Shown here piece by piece: positions 48,588-57,962 of a stretch of DNA of 64,000 bases (its first letter is position 1; each line of letters opens with the position of its first letter). The translations under genes and the position numbers were made by a program. A model generated the notes under the pieces. The model saw only the letters and a program-made list of their open reading frames with translations. It was not told where the DNA came from and did no database searches. The stretch lies in contig VGSF01000007.1 of assembly GCA_016875165.1 (NCBI GenBank), forward strand, positions 15,616 to 79,615. Direction: 5' to 3'. Source of the stretch: Deltaproteobacteria bacterium. Its GTDB lineage: Bacteria > Desulfobacterota > SM23-61.

Positions 48588-48862
48588 GTAACAGTTTAGC
48601 GATTTGAAAAAATGGTATAAAAGCCTTTGTTTTGGGCCGGGGGTTAGAGCGGAACGCGCCGGAAGCATCGGTTGGGTTTCCGCTTGGCCACGAGGACAGA
48701 AGATCTTTTCCTCCGGAGGAGGCGGGGGTTCTTGTCCGCCCCATATGCGGAGAAATAAGCGCCTTATGATTCTCCGCCTAAGGCGGATTCCGCTCTGGCC
48801 CCCGGCCCCCGGAATCCCTTGGCCTTTACAACACACCTTTTTTCAAAGAGCTAAAGTGTTAC
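48588..48862. mobile_element. MITE family A copy 6 (reverse), inserted inside an AGGCGCA/TGCGCC heptamer pair
   Basis: TSD AGAATTTT/AGAATCTT; flanking arms at 48536-48567 and 48877-48895. Confidence 0.92.
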
Positions 48863-48903
48863 AGAATCTTTAACTTAAGCCTTGAACCTTGCGCCGGTTT
48901 TTT

Positions 48904-50016
48904 ATGAATATAGACGAAAAGTATATGCGGCTGGCCCTGCGGCTGGCTAAAAGAGGCATGGGGCAGACGAGCCCCAATCCGATGGTTGGGGCGGTCATTG
49001 TCAAATGGAAAACCATCGTTGGGAGGGGTTACCATCATCGGGCGGGAGAGCCCCATGCTGAAATCTTGGCGCTCAGACAGGCTGGAAAGAGGGCTTGCGG
49101 GGGAACCCTCTATCTAAATTTAGAACCCTGCAATCATTTTGGAAGGACTCCTCCCTGCACTTCGGCAATTCTGGATGGGGGAATCAAACGGGTAGTTGCC
49201 GGGATGAAGGATCCTAACCCTTTAGTTTCAGGCCGGGGGATCAGGCGTTTGAGAAGAGCGGGGGTTCGGGTCGATGTTGGAATATTGGAAAAAGAATGCC
49301 GGGAATTAAACGCGCCCTTTTGTAAATTTATTACTTCCGGAAAACCTTTCGTGATCTTAAAAGCAGCCGCCAGCCTGGACGGGAAAATCGCCACCAGGTC
49401 CGGTGATGCGCGCTGGATCTCCGGTGCTGTTTCCCGGAATTATGTCCACCGCCTGCGGCAAACCATGGACGCAGTGATGGTAGGGATTGGCACGGTTATG
49501 AAAGATGACCCGCTGTTGAATGTCCGACTTCCTGGTGTAAGGCGGGCCGGCCATCCGCTGCGGGTTATCGTTGATAGCCATCTGCGAATTCCTCTAACCT
49601 CCCGGTTGGTCCGTACGGCCGGGCAATACCCCACGCTGGTAGCCACCACCAAGGCAGCTTCTTCTTCCAAGATGAAGCAAATGACTAAAGCAAAACTGGC
49701 AGTATTGGTCATCGAAAACGACGCTCAGGGAGGGGTTAACCTAAACGCACTAATGGGGGAGCTGGCCAGCCGCGGCATTGTCTCAATCCTCCTGGAAGGC
49801 GGGTCCACCTTAAACGCCAGCGCCATAAAAGAAGGCATAGTTGACAGGCTCCTTTTCTTTATTGCTCCAATGATCCTCGGCGGTAAGTTAGCGCCTGGAA
49901 TAATCGGCGGAGAAGGAACCCTTCGAATCAAAGATGCGCAGTTAGTGAAAATTCTTAAAGCCCGGCACATCGGTCCCGACCTGCTGATCGAAGGAGCCAT
50001 TGGTAAAGAGGAATAG
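48904..50016 (+). CDS. ribD: Riboflavin biosynthesis deaminase/reductase
   Basis: PNPMVG, HAE, LEPCNHFGRTPPC, SLDGKIA, EGG. Confidence 0.96.
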   Translation: MNIDEKYMRLALRLAKRGMGQTSPNPMVGAVIVKWKTIVGRGYHHRAGEPHAEILALRQAGKRACGGTLYLNLEPCNHFGRTPPCTSAILDGGIKRVVAGMKDPNPLVSGRGIRRLRRAGVRVDVGILEKECRELNAPFCKFITSGKPFVILKAAASLDGKIATRSGDARWISGAVSRNYVHRLRQTMDAVMVGIGTVMKDDPLLNVRLPGVRRAGHPLRVIVDSHLRIPLTSRLVRTAGQYPTLVATTKAASSSKMKQMTKAKLAVLVIENDAQGGVNLNALMGELASRGIVSILLEGGSTLNASAIKEGIVDRLLFFIAPMILGGKLAPGIIGGEGTLRIKDAQLVKILKARHIGPDLLIEGAIGKEE

Positions 50017-50079
50017 CTTTTGCCAATAGAGTGAGGGGTATGTTAGAATTATAAAAGGAAAAGGCTTCTTTCCAACTTT

Positions 50080-50235
50080 GATGGCTTCGTAAAAAGTCGT
50101 CACTCCGGCCTGCCTGTGCCTGGCAGACAGGTGAAAACCGGAGTCCAGAGGTTTGATAAATCCTGGAAATTACTGGATTCCGGCTTTCGCCGGAATGACG
50201 GGGAAAGGGGCTTTCGGACTTTTTACGAGTTCATC
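50080..50235. mobile_element. MITE family C
   Basis: GATGGCTTCGTAAAAAGTC / GACTTTTTACGAGTTCATC; 6-bp TSD AACTTT. Confidence 0.9.
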
Positions 50236-50254
50236 AACTTTAGGCATTTTTTTA

Positions 50255-50911
50255 ATGTTCACCGGCCTGATCCAGGATGTGGGAAATATACGAATCATTG
50301 ACCGCAGGGGCGGGGGAATTTCCCTGACGATCTCCACCCGGCTCGACCTTAGTTCGGTAAAGATCGGGGACAGCATTGCCGTTGATGGAGTTTGCCTTAC
50401 TGTGGTGAAGCTTGCCGGCCGCACCTTCACTATGGAGGTTTCTCCGGAGACGCTTCAGCGAACGACTCTTTCCAGCGCTAAAGAAGGGCAAGCGGTCAAC
50501 CTGGAAGCGGCCTTGAAGATGTCCGACCCCCTGGGAGGGCATTTAGTGGCCGGGCATGTGGATGGAACAGGAGAAATCACCGGAATTACCCTAGAAGGAA
50601 ACTCCCTCCGTTATCAATTCCGGGTTCCCCTGGATATTGGCCGCTACTTGATAGAAAAAGGATCATTGGCCGTGGACGGAATCAGCCTGACCGTAGCCGA
50701 ATGTCTTGACCAGGAATTCAGTGTTAGGCTTATTCCCCATACGGCCGAGAGAACGACTCTGGGAAAAAAGAAGGTCGGGGATCGGGTGAACCTGGAGAAT
50801 GATATGATTGCTAAATACGTAGAAAAATTCGTGAGGCAGCGGGATGATCAGGCCCGGGGAAGCTCGCGCATTGACGCCGAATTCCTATCTAAACACGGTT
50901 TTATCCCATGA
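50255..50911 (+). CDS. ribE: Riboflavin synthase
   Basis: MFTGL N-terminus (true start 50255), GVCLTV, GGHLVAGHVD, IPHT. Confidence 0.96.
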   Translation: MFTGLIQDVGNIRIIDRRGGGISLTISTRLDLSSVKIGDSIAVDGVCLTVVKLAGRTFTMEVSPETLQRTTLSSAKEGQAVNLEAALKMSDPLGGHLVAGHVDGTGEITGITLEGNSLRYQFRVPLDIGRYLIEKGSLAVDGISLTVAECLDQEFSVRLIPHTAERTTLGKKKVGDRVNLENDMIAKYVEKFVRQRDDQARGSSRIDAEFLSKHGFIP

Positions 50912-51077
50912 GGCCCCCGCAGAAACGTAAAAAAGATGAGAATGCTTCAAGGCCCTTCCATAGCTGGATGACAATGAAAGATAATCAAAGAAAATAGTCA
51001 TTGCCGGCGAAGCCCTGCAGCGCATGTTGCTGGGGACAAAGCGGGCTATCCAGGGTTTAGGGTTTTGCAGGAGCTTC
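50910..51077. mobile_element. Degenerate family B-like element with a different cargo
   Basis: GAGGCCCCCGCAGAAAC / GTTTTGCAGGAGCTTC ends; flanks CCAT/CAAT; decayed GTCATTGCCGG REP inside. Confidence 0.5.
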
Positions 51078-51104
51078 CAATAGAATAGACGGAGTCAAAA
51101 AGAT

Positions 51105-52310
51105 ATGCCAGTTAGCGCTATCGATGAAGCATTATTGGATATTCGCAAAGGGAAAATGGTCATCCTGGTGGATGACGAGGACCGGGAGAACGAAGGAGAC
51201 CTCTGCCTGGCCGCGGAGAAAGTGACCCCCCAGGCCGTCAATTTCATGGCTAAATACGGCAGGGGCCTGATCTGCCTCTCTTTGATGGAGGACAAGATTA
51301 AGGAGCTTCAGCTTCCTTTGATGGTTTCGGACAATACTTCGTCTTTCAAGACGGCCTTTACTATTTCCATCGAGGCCAAGCGCGGGGTGACCACGGGGAT
51401 TTCGGCTGCTGACCGGGCGACTACCATCTTAACAGCGATCGCTGAAGGAGCCAAAGCCGAAGACCTGGTTCGTCCCGGGCATGTTTTTCCTCTCCAGGCT
51501 AAACGCGGAGGTGTTCTCGTCAGAACGGGCCAGACCGAAGGTTCCGTTGACCTGTCCCGGCTGGCTGGATTGAAACCGAGCGGGGTCATTTGCGAGATTA
51601 TGAACGACGATGGCACCATGGCCCGGATGCCCGACCTGGAAATTTTTGCCCGGAAGCATAACCTAAAAATTGTAACTATTGCCGACCTGATTAAATACCG
51701 GCTGCAGAACGAATGCCTGGTTCATCGGGCGGCCATTACTACCTTGCCAACAGTTTACGGCGGGGACTTTAAAGCCATTGCTTACACAAACGAAGTGGAT
51801 ACCCAGCAGCATCTGGCTTTAATAAAGGGCGATATCCCTACGAAAGATGCGGTTTTGGTCCGGGTTCACTCAGAGTGCCTGACAGGAGACGTCTTTGGCT
51901 CCCAGCGTTGTGACTGCGGCGAACAATTGCACGCAGCCATGCGCATAGTCTCCAGGGAGGGAAAAGGGGTCATCGTGTACATGCACCAGGAGGGGCGGGG
52001 AATCGGGTTGATCAACAAGATGAAAGCCTACGCCCTCCAGGATCAAGGCCAGGACACTGTGGAAGCAAACGCAGCTTTAGGGTTTGAGCCTGATTTGCGG
52101 GATTACGGGCTGGGAGCCCAGATTTTAAGGGACCTGGGGGTGCGCAAGATCCGCCTGATGACCAACAACCCCAAAAAGATCGTGGGCCTGCAAGGGTATG
52201 GCCTGGAAGTCGTGGAACGGGTGCCCATAGAAATCAAACCCAGCCGCAAGAACATTGCCTATCTAAAGACGAAAAAGAAGAAGATGGGGCATCTTTTATC
52301 GGTCGATTGA
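51105..52310 (+). CDS. ribBA: DHBP synthase / GTP cyclohydrolase II
   Basis: [41 protein letters not shown]. Confidence 0.97.
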   Translation: MPVSAIDEALLDIRKGKMVILVDDEDRENEGDLCLAAEKVTPQAVNFMAKYGRGLICLSLMEDKIKELQLPLMVSDNTSSFKTAFTISIEAKRGVTTGISAADRATTILTAIAEGAKAEDLVRPGHVFPLQAKRGGVLVRTGQTEGSVDLSRLAGLKPSGVICEIMNDDGTMARMPDLEIFARKHNLKIVTIADLIKYRLQNECLVHRAAITTLPTVYGGDFKAIAYTNEVDTQQHLALIKGDIPTKDAVLVRVHSECLTGDVFGSQRCDCGEQLHAAMRIVSREGKGVIVYMHQEGRGIGLINKMKAYALQDQGQDTVEANAALGFEPDLRDYGLGAQILRDLGVRKIRLMTNNPKKIVGLQGYGLEVVERVPIEIKPSRKNIAYLKTKKKKMGHLLSVD

Positions 52311-52395
52311 AAAAAGCTATCAGCTTTCAGCAAAGGAAAACAGGTCTTAGATTTAGTTGATAGCTGATTGCTTCTAAAAAGGGGAGGAAAAACCA

Positions 52396-52872
52396 ATGCC
52401 CAGAGTGATCGAAGGGAAACTTATTGCCAAAGGGATGAAGTTCGGGATCGTGGCCAGCCGGTTTAACGACTTTGTTTGCGAACGTCTTCTGGCCGGAGCG
52501 CTGGATGCGCTCATACGCAACGGAGCAGATGAGAAGGACATTGAGATCCTCAAGGTGCCCGGAGCTTTCGAGATTCCCCAGGTAGCCCGCAAAATGGCCC
52601 TGTCGAAAAAATACGACGCGGTCATCTGTTTGGGAGCAGTCATTCGCGGAGCCACACCGCACTTCGATTACATCGCCGCTGAGGTGTCCAAAGGGGTGGC
52701 CATGATTGGGATGGAAAGCGAAGTCCCCGTGGCCTTCGGCGTGCTGACTACCGACAACTTAGAGCAAGCCATTGAGCGAGCCGGGTCCAAAGCCGGGAAT
52801 AAGGGGTGGGACGCAGCTCTCTCGGCCATCGAAATGGCCAATCTTTACCGGGAAATGAAAGAGAAAAAATAA
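52396..52872 (+). CDS. ribH: 6,7-dimethyl-8-ribityllumazine synthase
   Basis: [25 protein letters not shown]. Confidence 0.97.
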   Translation: MPRVIEGKLIAKGMKFGIVASRFNDFVCERLLAGALDALIRNGADEKDIEILKVPGAFEIPQVARKMALSKKYDAVICLGAVIRGATPHFDYIAAEVSKGVAMIGMESEVPVAFGVLTTDNLEQAIERAGSKAGNKGWDAALSAIEMANLYREMKEKK

Positions 52873-52878
52873 AAAATA

Positions 52879-53077
52879 TTCACCGCAGAGGACACAGAGA
52901 AAAAAATTAAGACCTAAATCATAAACAAATCCAAACCTCTAAATTAAATTTATAACATATTTGTTATTGCCTTTTAAAGATGCGGATTTGTTTAGTCCCG
53001 TGATTTAGGTGATTTGTGTTTAGTATTTTGAATTTTAATTTATTTTCTCAGCGGTCTCTGCGCTCTCTGCGGTGAAT
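52879..53077. repeat. CGCAGAG-type palindromic pair with AT-rich spacer
   Basis: TTCACCGCAGAGGACACAGAG ... CTCAGCGGTCTCTGCGCTCTCTGCGGTGAA. Confidence 0.75.
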
Positions 53078-53094
53078 GGGTGTAAGGATTTTGA

Positions 53095-53538
53095 ATGAGT
53101 ATCCGGCGGAGGGCGAGGGAAATTGCCCTTCAGGTTCTTTATCAATTGGATATTAGCCAGGAGGAGGCCGGTGAGGTTTTGGACCTTTACTGGGAAAACT
53201 TTGAACCTTCGCCGAAGGCCCGGGAGTTTTGCCAGCGACTGGTGGATGGGGTGCGCCGGAACCAGAGCCAGATTGACCGGTTCATCGAGGAAAATTCCGA
53301 AAATTGGACCCTGAAGCGCATGTCCATGGTGGATCGCAATATTTTACGCCTGGCTACTTTTGAGCTTCTACAATGTCCGGACATTCCTTTCAAATCCACC
53401 CTCAACGAAGCCGTTGAACTGGCTAAAAAATTCGGAGCGGATGACTCCGGAGCTTTTGTCAACGGTATTCTGGATAAGATTCATTCCATCCAGGCCGCGG
53501 CCGGGAACGACCATCCGGCGAATCCGCCCTCGATATGA
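53095..53538 (+). CDS. nusB: Transcription antitermination factor NusB
   Basis: RRRAREIALQVLY, VDRNILRL, NEAVELAK, FVNGILD. Confidence 0.96.
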   Translation: MSIRRRAREIALQVLYQLDISQEEAGEVLDLYWENFEPSPKAREFCQRLVDGVRRNQSQIDRFIEENSENWTLKRMSMVDRNILRLATFELLQCPDIPFKSTLNEAVELAKKFGADDSGAFVNGILDKIHSIQAAAGNDHPANPPSI

Positions 53539-53566
53539 AATAGGCCACCCTTTTGGATATACACGG

Positions 53567-53757
53567 GAGCTTCTTGCAAAAGTCCGTAATTTACCCTTCG
53601 ACAGGCTCAGGGTGAACGGGCTTAGGTTGAAATTATTTAGTTTTTCCGTTCGTGGTGAGCCCTTCGACTCACCGTTCGCCCTGAGGTTCTCGAAGGGTGA
53701 ACGGTTCGCGGAGGACAAGCTTGTCGAACCACAAAAAAATACTTTTGCAAGAGCCTC
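53567..53757. mobile_element. MITE family B copy 4 (reverse)
   Basis: 191 bp; TSD ACGG. Confidence 0.92.
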
Positions 53758-54052
53758 ACGGCAACCGCTCATAAAAAGATCATAGCTTAAGGCCTTCCGC
53801 TTATTTAGCCCACCGTCTCGGTAAGGTAATTTAAATACCGCAGTCATATATTTGTCATCTATTGTTCTCTTTTTGACGGGCATATCATAAATTGTACATT
53901 TTTAGGTACTGATCCTACCCGTTTACTACCAATTTTCAATTCTTCCCAAAATTTTTAATAGCTTTTAAATAATAAACAGTTGGTCACAGTTGTTAATTGA
54001 TTTTTAAAAATTTGGAACATTTTGGAATAAAAATTGCTAATCATTCAATTAT

Positions 54053-54545
54053 GATGGTCTCGTAAAAAGTCCCGTTTTCGTCATTGCGAGGAGTTCCGCC
54101 AATGCGGGACGACGAAGCAATCCCGTATTTTCAAGGACTTATAAAAACGAGATTGCTTCGCTTTCGCTCGCAATGACTCTTCTGCCGACTTTTTACGAGA
54201 TCATCAATTATGATGGCTTCGTAAAAAGTCTGAAAAGACGTTTTTCTGTCATTCCGGCCCCGCATCAAGTGCGGGATAAACTCCAGCCGGAATCCGGTTT
54301 TTTCAATTAGTTATAAATTTTCTGGACTCCGGTTTCCACCGGAGTGATGACTTTTTACGAGTTCATCAAAGCTACAAAAATGATGGTATCGTAAAAAGTC
54401 GTAAAACTGTCACTCCTGCGAAAGCAGTCCGCCTTAGGCGGACAGAACTGCTTGAATTTACTGGATTCCAGCTGGAGTTTATCCCGATGAAAATCAGGGC
54501 CGGAATGACATAATGAAGGGAGTTCTGACTTTTTACAAGTTCATC
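54053..54545. mobile_element. Three tandem MITE family C copies (54053-54205, 54212-54367, 54382-54545)
   Basis: Each has GATG..CGTAAAAAGTC / GACTTTTTAC..CATC ends; spacers AATTAT and AAAGCTA(CA)AAAAT are duplicated. Confidence 0.88.
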
Positions 54546-54577
54546 AAAGCTAAAAATGAAAGATTGGAGTAATTTCT

Positions 54578-54766
54578 ATGAAAGAGATTATGACCCCACA
54601 GGAAGCAGCGGAATATTTGAGCATTCATGTCAGAACCATATATAGGCTGGTAAAAAAGGGGGAGATCCCCGGCCGCAAGGTGGGCGGAAGCTGGAGGTTC
54701 AAGAAGGATGCTCTGGATGAATGGCTTTCATGGAAAGGAAATCCTTCCCCAAAAGAAAAAGAGTGA
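54578..54766 (+). CDS. Excisionase-type HTH DNA-binding protein
   Basis: IMTPQEAAEYL...TIYRLV..GEIPG.KVGGSWRF....LDEW. Confidence 0.9.
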   Translation: MKEIMTPQEAAEYLSIHVRTIYRLVKKGEIPGRKVGGSWRFKKDALDEWLSWKGNPSPKEKE

Positions 54767-54769
54767 AAG

Positions 54770-56308
54770 ATGGAAAAAAGGGTTTTAGTGGTCGATGACG
54801 AACAAGAAATTCGGAGTCTTCTTTATCAGGCGCTCACCCAATTCGGGGGGTTCGAGGTAGAGTTGGCCGAAAATGGAGAAGAAGCGCTTAAGAAAATCAA
54901 GGACAACAAATTTGACCTGGTTTTGACTGACTGGAAAATGCCCAAATTGAATGGCCTCCAATTGGTAGATGAAATCACCAATACGAATCCCGAAATCGTC
55001 TCGGTTTTGATGAGCGGGCAGGGGACCATTGATTCGGCGCTGGAGGCAATGAGGCGGGGTGCGAGCGATTATCTCACCAAGCCCCTTAACCTTCCGGAGA
55101 TGATGATTCGGCTGCACAAGGTTCTTGAGGAGAAACGCCGCTTAAAGAGGCTAAGTGATTTCATCCTGCAACTGGAAAAGTCCATTAAAGAACTTCGCAA
55201 GATCGATGAAATCAAATCTGAATTTGTATCGGTGGCTTCCCATGAATTGAGAACTCCCCTGGCCGCGATTAAGAATGCGGTTCAGTTGATCCTGAAAGGG
55301 AAGACCGGAACGATTAATGAGACTCAGGTAAAGTTTCTTTCGATGGCTGAAAGAAACATCAATCGCCTGATGAACATCCTGAATGACCTTCTGGATATAT
55401 CCCGGATTGAGTCCGGAAAGATGATGATGAAATTTGAGGAGATGGATTTAAGAGGTCTCATAGATTTTATTTTTTCCTCATTCAAACCCCAAGCCGACGG
55501 GAAATCGATTAAGCTCGCAATGGAGATTTCCCAGGAGGTCCCAGATGTTTATGGCGATCGGGGGAAGGTCGAGCAGATATTAACCAACCTTGTAGGCAAT
55601 GCGATCAAATTCACCCCCGAAGGAGGGGAGATTGTGATCTCGGTAAAGCCCTATGATGGGGATGGAAACAGGGTAGCCATATCGGTCAAAGATTCAGGTC
55701 CCGGCATTCCCTCAGATCAACTCGATAAGATCTTTGAAAAATTTCATCAGGTGGAAGGATCCTTACAGCGATCCGTGGGGGGGACAGGCTTGGGTCTGGC
55801 CATCACCAAAGGATTGGTAGAAGCCCATCAGGGAAAAATCTTTGTGGAAAGCCAAGTCGGCCAAGGAAGCGCTTTTACCTTTACCTTGCCCGGCGCAAAG
55901 GGCGAAATGAGGGAAGCCCATTTTCGCATGATCCTGGATCGGGAGTTCCGCCGGGTCCAGGAGAGCCGCTCTTCGCTTACTCTTTTTCTAGTCGGAGTAT
56001 TGGGAGATGAAGAAGGGACGAAGGATTCTTTATTGGATCAGGTGGAGAGGGAAATGAAAAAATGCCTTTGCCGGAAGGGCGATATTCTCTTAAGACGAAA
56101 CAGAGAAAAAATATTGGTGGCCATGTGTGCCACAGATAAAAAAGGGTCTTTGGTCATCCGGAAACGGATTGAGGAAAAATTCCTCCAAATTCCCGGTGAT
56201 GGTTTGAATGCCCCGCCAGTCGTCAAAGTCGGGGCAGCCACTTATCCCGATGAGGTCCTTTCCAAAAGAGACCTCTTCCGGAAAGCCAAAGAAAGGTTGA
56301 GGGGGTAA
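54770..56308 (+). CDS. Hybrid sensor kinase REC-HisKA-HATPase with degenerate GGDEF-like tail
   Basis: VLVVDDE, TDWKMP, SHELRTPL, NAIKF, GTGLGL; tail ...KVGAATYPD without GGDEF. Confidence 0.9.
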   Translation: MEKRVLVVDDEQEIRSLLYQALTQFGGFEVELAENGEEALKKIKDNKFDLVLTDWKMPKLNGLQLVDEITNTNPEIVSVLMSGQGTIDSALEAMRRGASDYLTKPLNLPEMMIRLHKVLEEKRRLKRLSDFILQLEKSIKELRKIDEIKSEFVSVASHELRTPLAAIKNAVQLILKGKTGTINETQVKFLSMAERNINRLMNILNDLLDISRIESGKMMMKFEEMDLRGLIDFIFSSFKPQADGKSIKLAMEISQEVPDVYGDRGKVEQILTNLVGNAIKFTPEGGEIVISVKPYDGDGNRVAISVKDSGPGIPSDQLDKIFEKFHQVEGSLQRSVGGTGLGLAITKGLVEAHQGKIFVESQVGQGSAFTFTLPGAKGEMREAHFRMILDREFRRVQESRSSLTLFLVGVLGDEEGTKDSLLDQVEREMKKCLCRKGDILLRRNREKILVAMCATDKKGSLVIRKRIEEKFLQIPGDGLNAPPVVKVGAATYPDEVLSKRDLFRKAKERLRG

Positions 56309-56318
56309 AGAGACAAAG

Positions 56319-56696
56319 ATGATTCAGCCCAAAATTTTGGTCATAGATGATGAACCCGATTTAGTGGAAACTCTCCGTTTCTCCCTGGAGGCGGAAGGGT
56401 ATGAAGTCCTGGTATCTTTCAACGGCGAGGAAGGATTGAATTTAGCCCGTAAAGAAACCCCGGATTTAATCCTTCTGGACCTGATGTTGCCGAAACTGGA
56501 TGGATACAAAGTATGCCGTTTATTAAAATTCGATGAAAGGCACAAGCACATTCCCGTCCTGATGCTAACTGCCAAGATCCAGGAGAAGGATAGGATTTTG
56601 GGGATGGAAACCGGAGCAGATGAGTATATTACCAAACCTTTTAACATCGATGAATTGATGGCCAAAGTAAAATCTTATTTGAGCAAAAAAGAATAA
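56319..56696 (+). CDS. Single-domain response regulator
   Basis: ILVIDDE, LLDLMLP, MLTAK, YITKPF. Confidence 0.93.
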   Translation: MIQPKILVIDDEPDLVETLRFSLEAEGYEVLVSFNGEEGLNLARKETPDLILLDLMLPKLDGYKVCRLLKFDERHKHIPVLMLTAKIQEKDRILGMETGADEYITKPFNIDELMAKVKSYLSKKE

Positions 56697-56699
56697 TCG

Positions 56700-57917
56700 A
56701 TGCCAAACTTCAAGTACAAGGTAAGGGATAGATTGGGGAGGTCCATAGCCGGGACAATCGACGCCCCTACCCTACAAATTGCCGGGGACCGACTCTACCA
56801 ATTAGGGTATTTCCCCATTGACATCAAGGAAGAGGGAAGGAGCGCCCTGTCCGATCTATCGGAATTCTGGCTGCGATTTCAGAAGGTAAAGATGGAAGAT
56901 CTCATCTTCTTCAGCCAGCAACTTTCCACTCTATACAAAGCAGGACTGCCTTTGCTTGCCGGAATGGAGAGTTTAATCGAACAGACCGAAAATAAAAAGT
57001 TGAAGTCCGTATTGGCGGGAATCCAGCGCCAGATCGAAGGAGGAAGTACGCTCTCCCAGGCCATATCCAGGTATCCCGATGTTTTCCCCCTGATTTATAT
57101 CAATATGATTCGAGCCGGGGAGACCTCGGGAATGCTGGGCGAATCAATGGACCGTTTCGTTACTCTGGCCGATCGGGAATTAAGAACCAGGCAGAGAGTG
57201 AAAGAGGCCACCCGTTATCCCAAAATCATCGTCGTGTCCCTGATCATCGCCCTTGGGGTCCTGGTAATTTTTGTCATTCCCCGATTTGCCATTGTCTTTG
57301 CTCAATTCAAGACTCCCCTGCCCTTACCGACCAGGGCGCTGATCGGAATCAATGATGTTTTTCAGGCTTACTGGTATCTAATCCTTTTAGGGGCTGGCGG
57401 AATTCCCTTGCTGATCAAAAGGTATTTAGGGACCGAAAGCGGGAAAAACCGCTGGGATCGATGGAAACTTCATATTCCGGTTTTCGGGCAAATCTTTCTA
57501 AAAATTGCCCTCTCCCAGTTTGCCTACACCTTTGTCATGCTGAACCGGAGCGGGATTCCCATCCTGCAGACCCTGGAGGTCACTTCCGGCACGATTCAAA
57601 ATACCCACCTTTCCCAAACCATTGATGAAATGGGCCTCAAAATCAAGGAAGGCAAAAGTTTGACTGCGGCCATGCGGGAAACCAAGAGATTTACCCCGCT
57701 GGTCATTCAGATGGTTTCGGTTGGGGAGTCTTCGGGTTCATTGGATAAGATGTTAATGAGCGTTACGGAGTATTATGACCGCGAAGCGGAAAACGCCATT
57801 AAAAAAATGTCCGCTTATATCGAACCCATTTTAACGCTTTTCATGGGAGTGAGCATTCTATTCCTGGCCCTGGCCGTATTTTTGCCCTGGTGGAACGTTG
57901 CTGCTCTTTTCCGGTAG
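56700..57917 (+). CDS. Type II/IV secretion platform protein (PilC/GspF/MshG)
   Basis: QLSTLYKAGLP, AGETSG, LPLPT, VGESSG, IEP. Confidence 0.93.
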   Translation: MPNFKYKVRDRLGRSIAGTIDAPTLQIAGDRLYQLGYFPIDIKEEGRSALSDLSEFWLRFQKVKMEDLIFFSQQLSTLYKAGLPLLAGMESLIEQTENKKLKSVLAGIQRQIEGGSTLSQAISRYPDVFPLIYINMIRAGETSGMLGESMDRFVTLADRELRTRQRVKEATRYPKIIVVSLIIALGVLVIFVIPRFAIVFAQFKTPLPLPTRALIGINDVFQAYWYLILLGAGGIPLLIKRYLGTESGKNRWDRWKLHIPVFGQIFLKIALSQFAYTFVMLNRSGIPILQTLEVTSGTIQNTHLSQTIDEMGLKIKEGKSLTAAMRETKRFTPLVIQMVSVGESSGSLDKMLMSVTEYYDREAENAIKKMSAYIEPILTLFMGVSILFLALAVFLPWWNVAALFR

Positions 57918-57962
57918 AACACAGGAGTTATAAGGAATCAATAGTGGATCGGGGGAGAAAAT

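Noticed and set aside
48531-48903. FMN riboswitch upstream of ribD
   Set aside because: The interval is accounted for by MITE A and heptamer arms; no RFN motifs seen.
54053-54545. Possible CRISPR array (repeated CGTAAAAAGTC with variable interiors)
   Set aside because: Units are about 155 bp, bounded by inverted rather than direct repeats, dispersed elsewhere with TSDs; no cas genes.
54578-54766. Excisionase as a prophage marker
   Set aside because: No integrase or phage genes nearby; tightly coupled to signalling genes.
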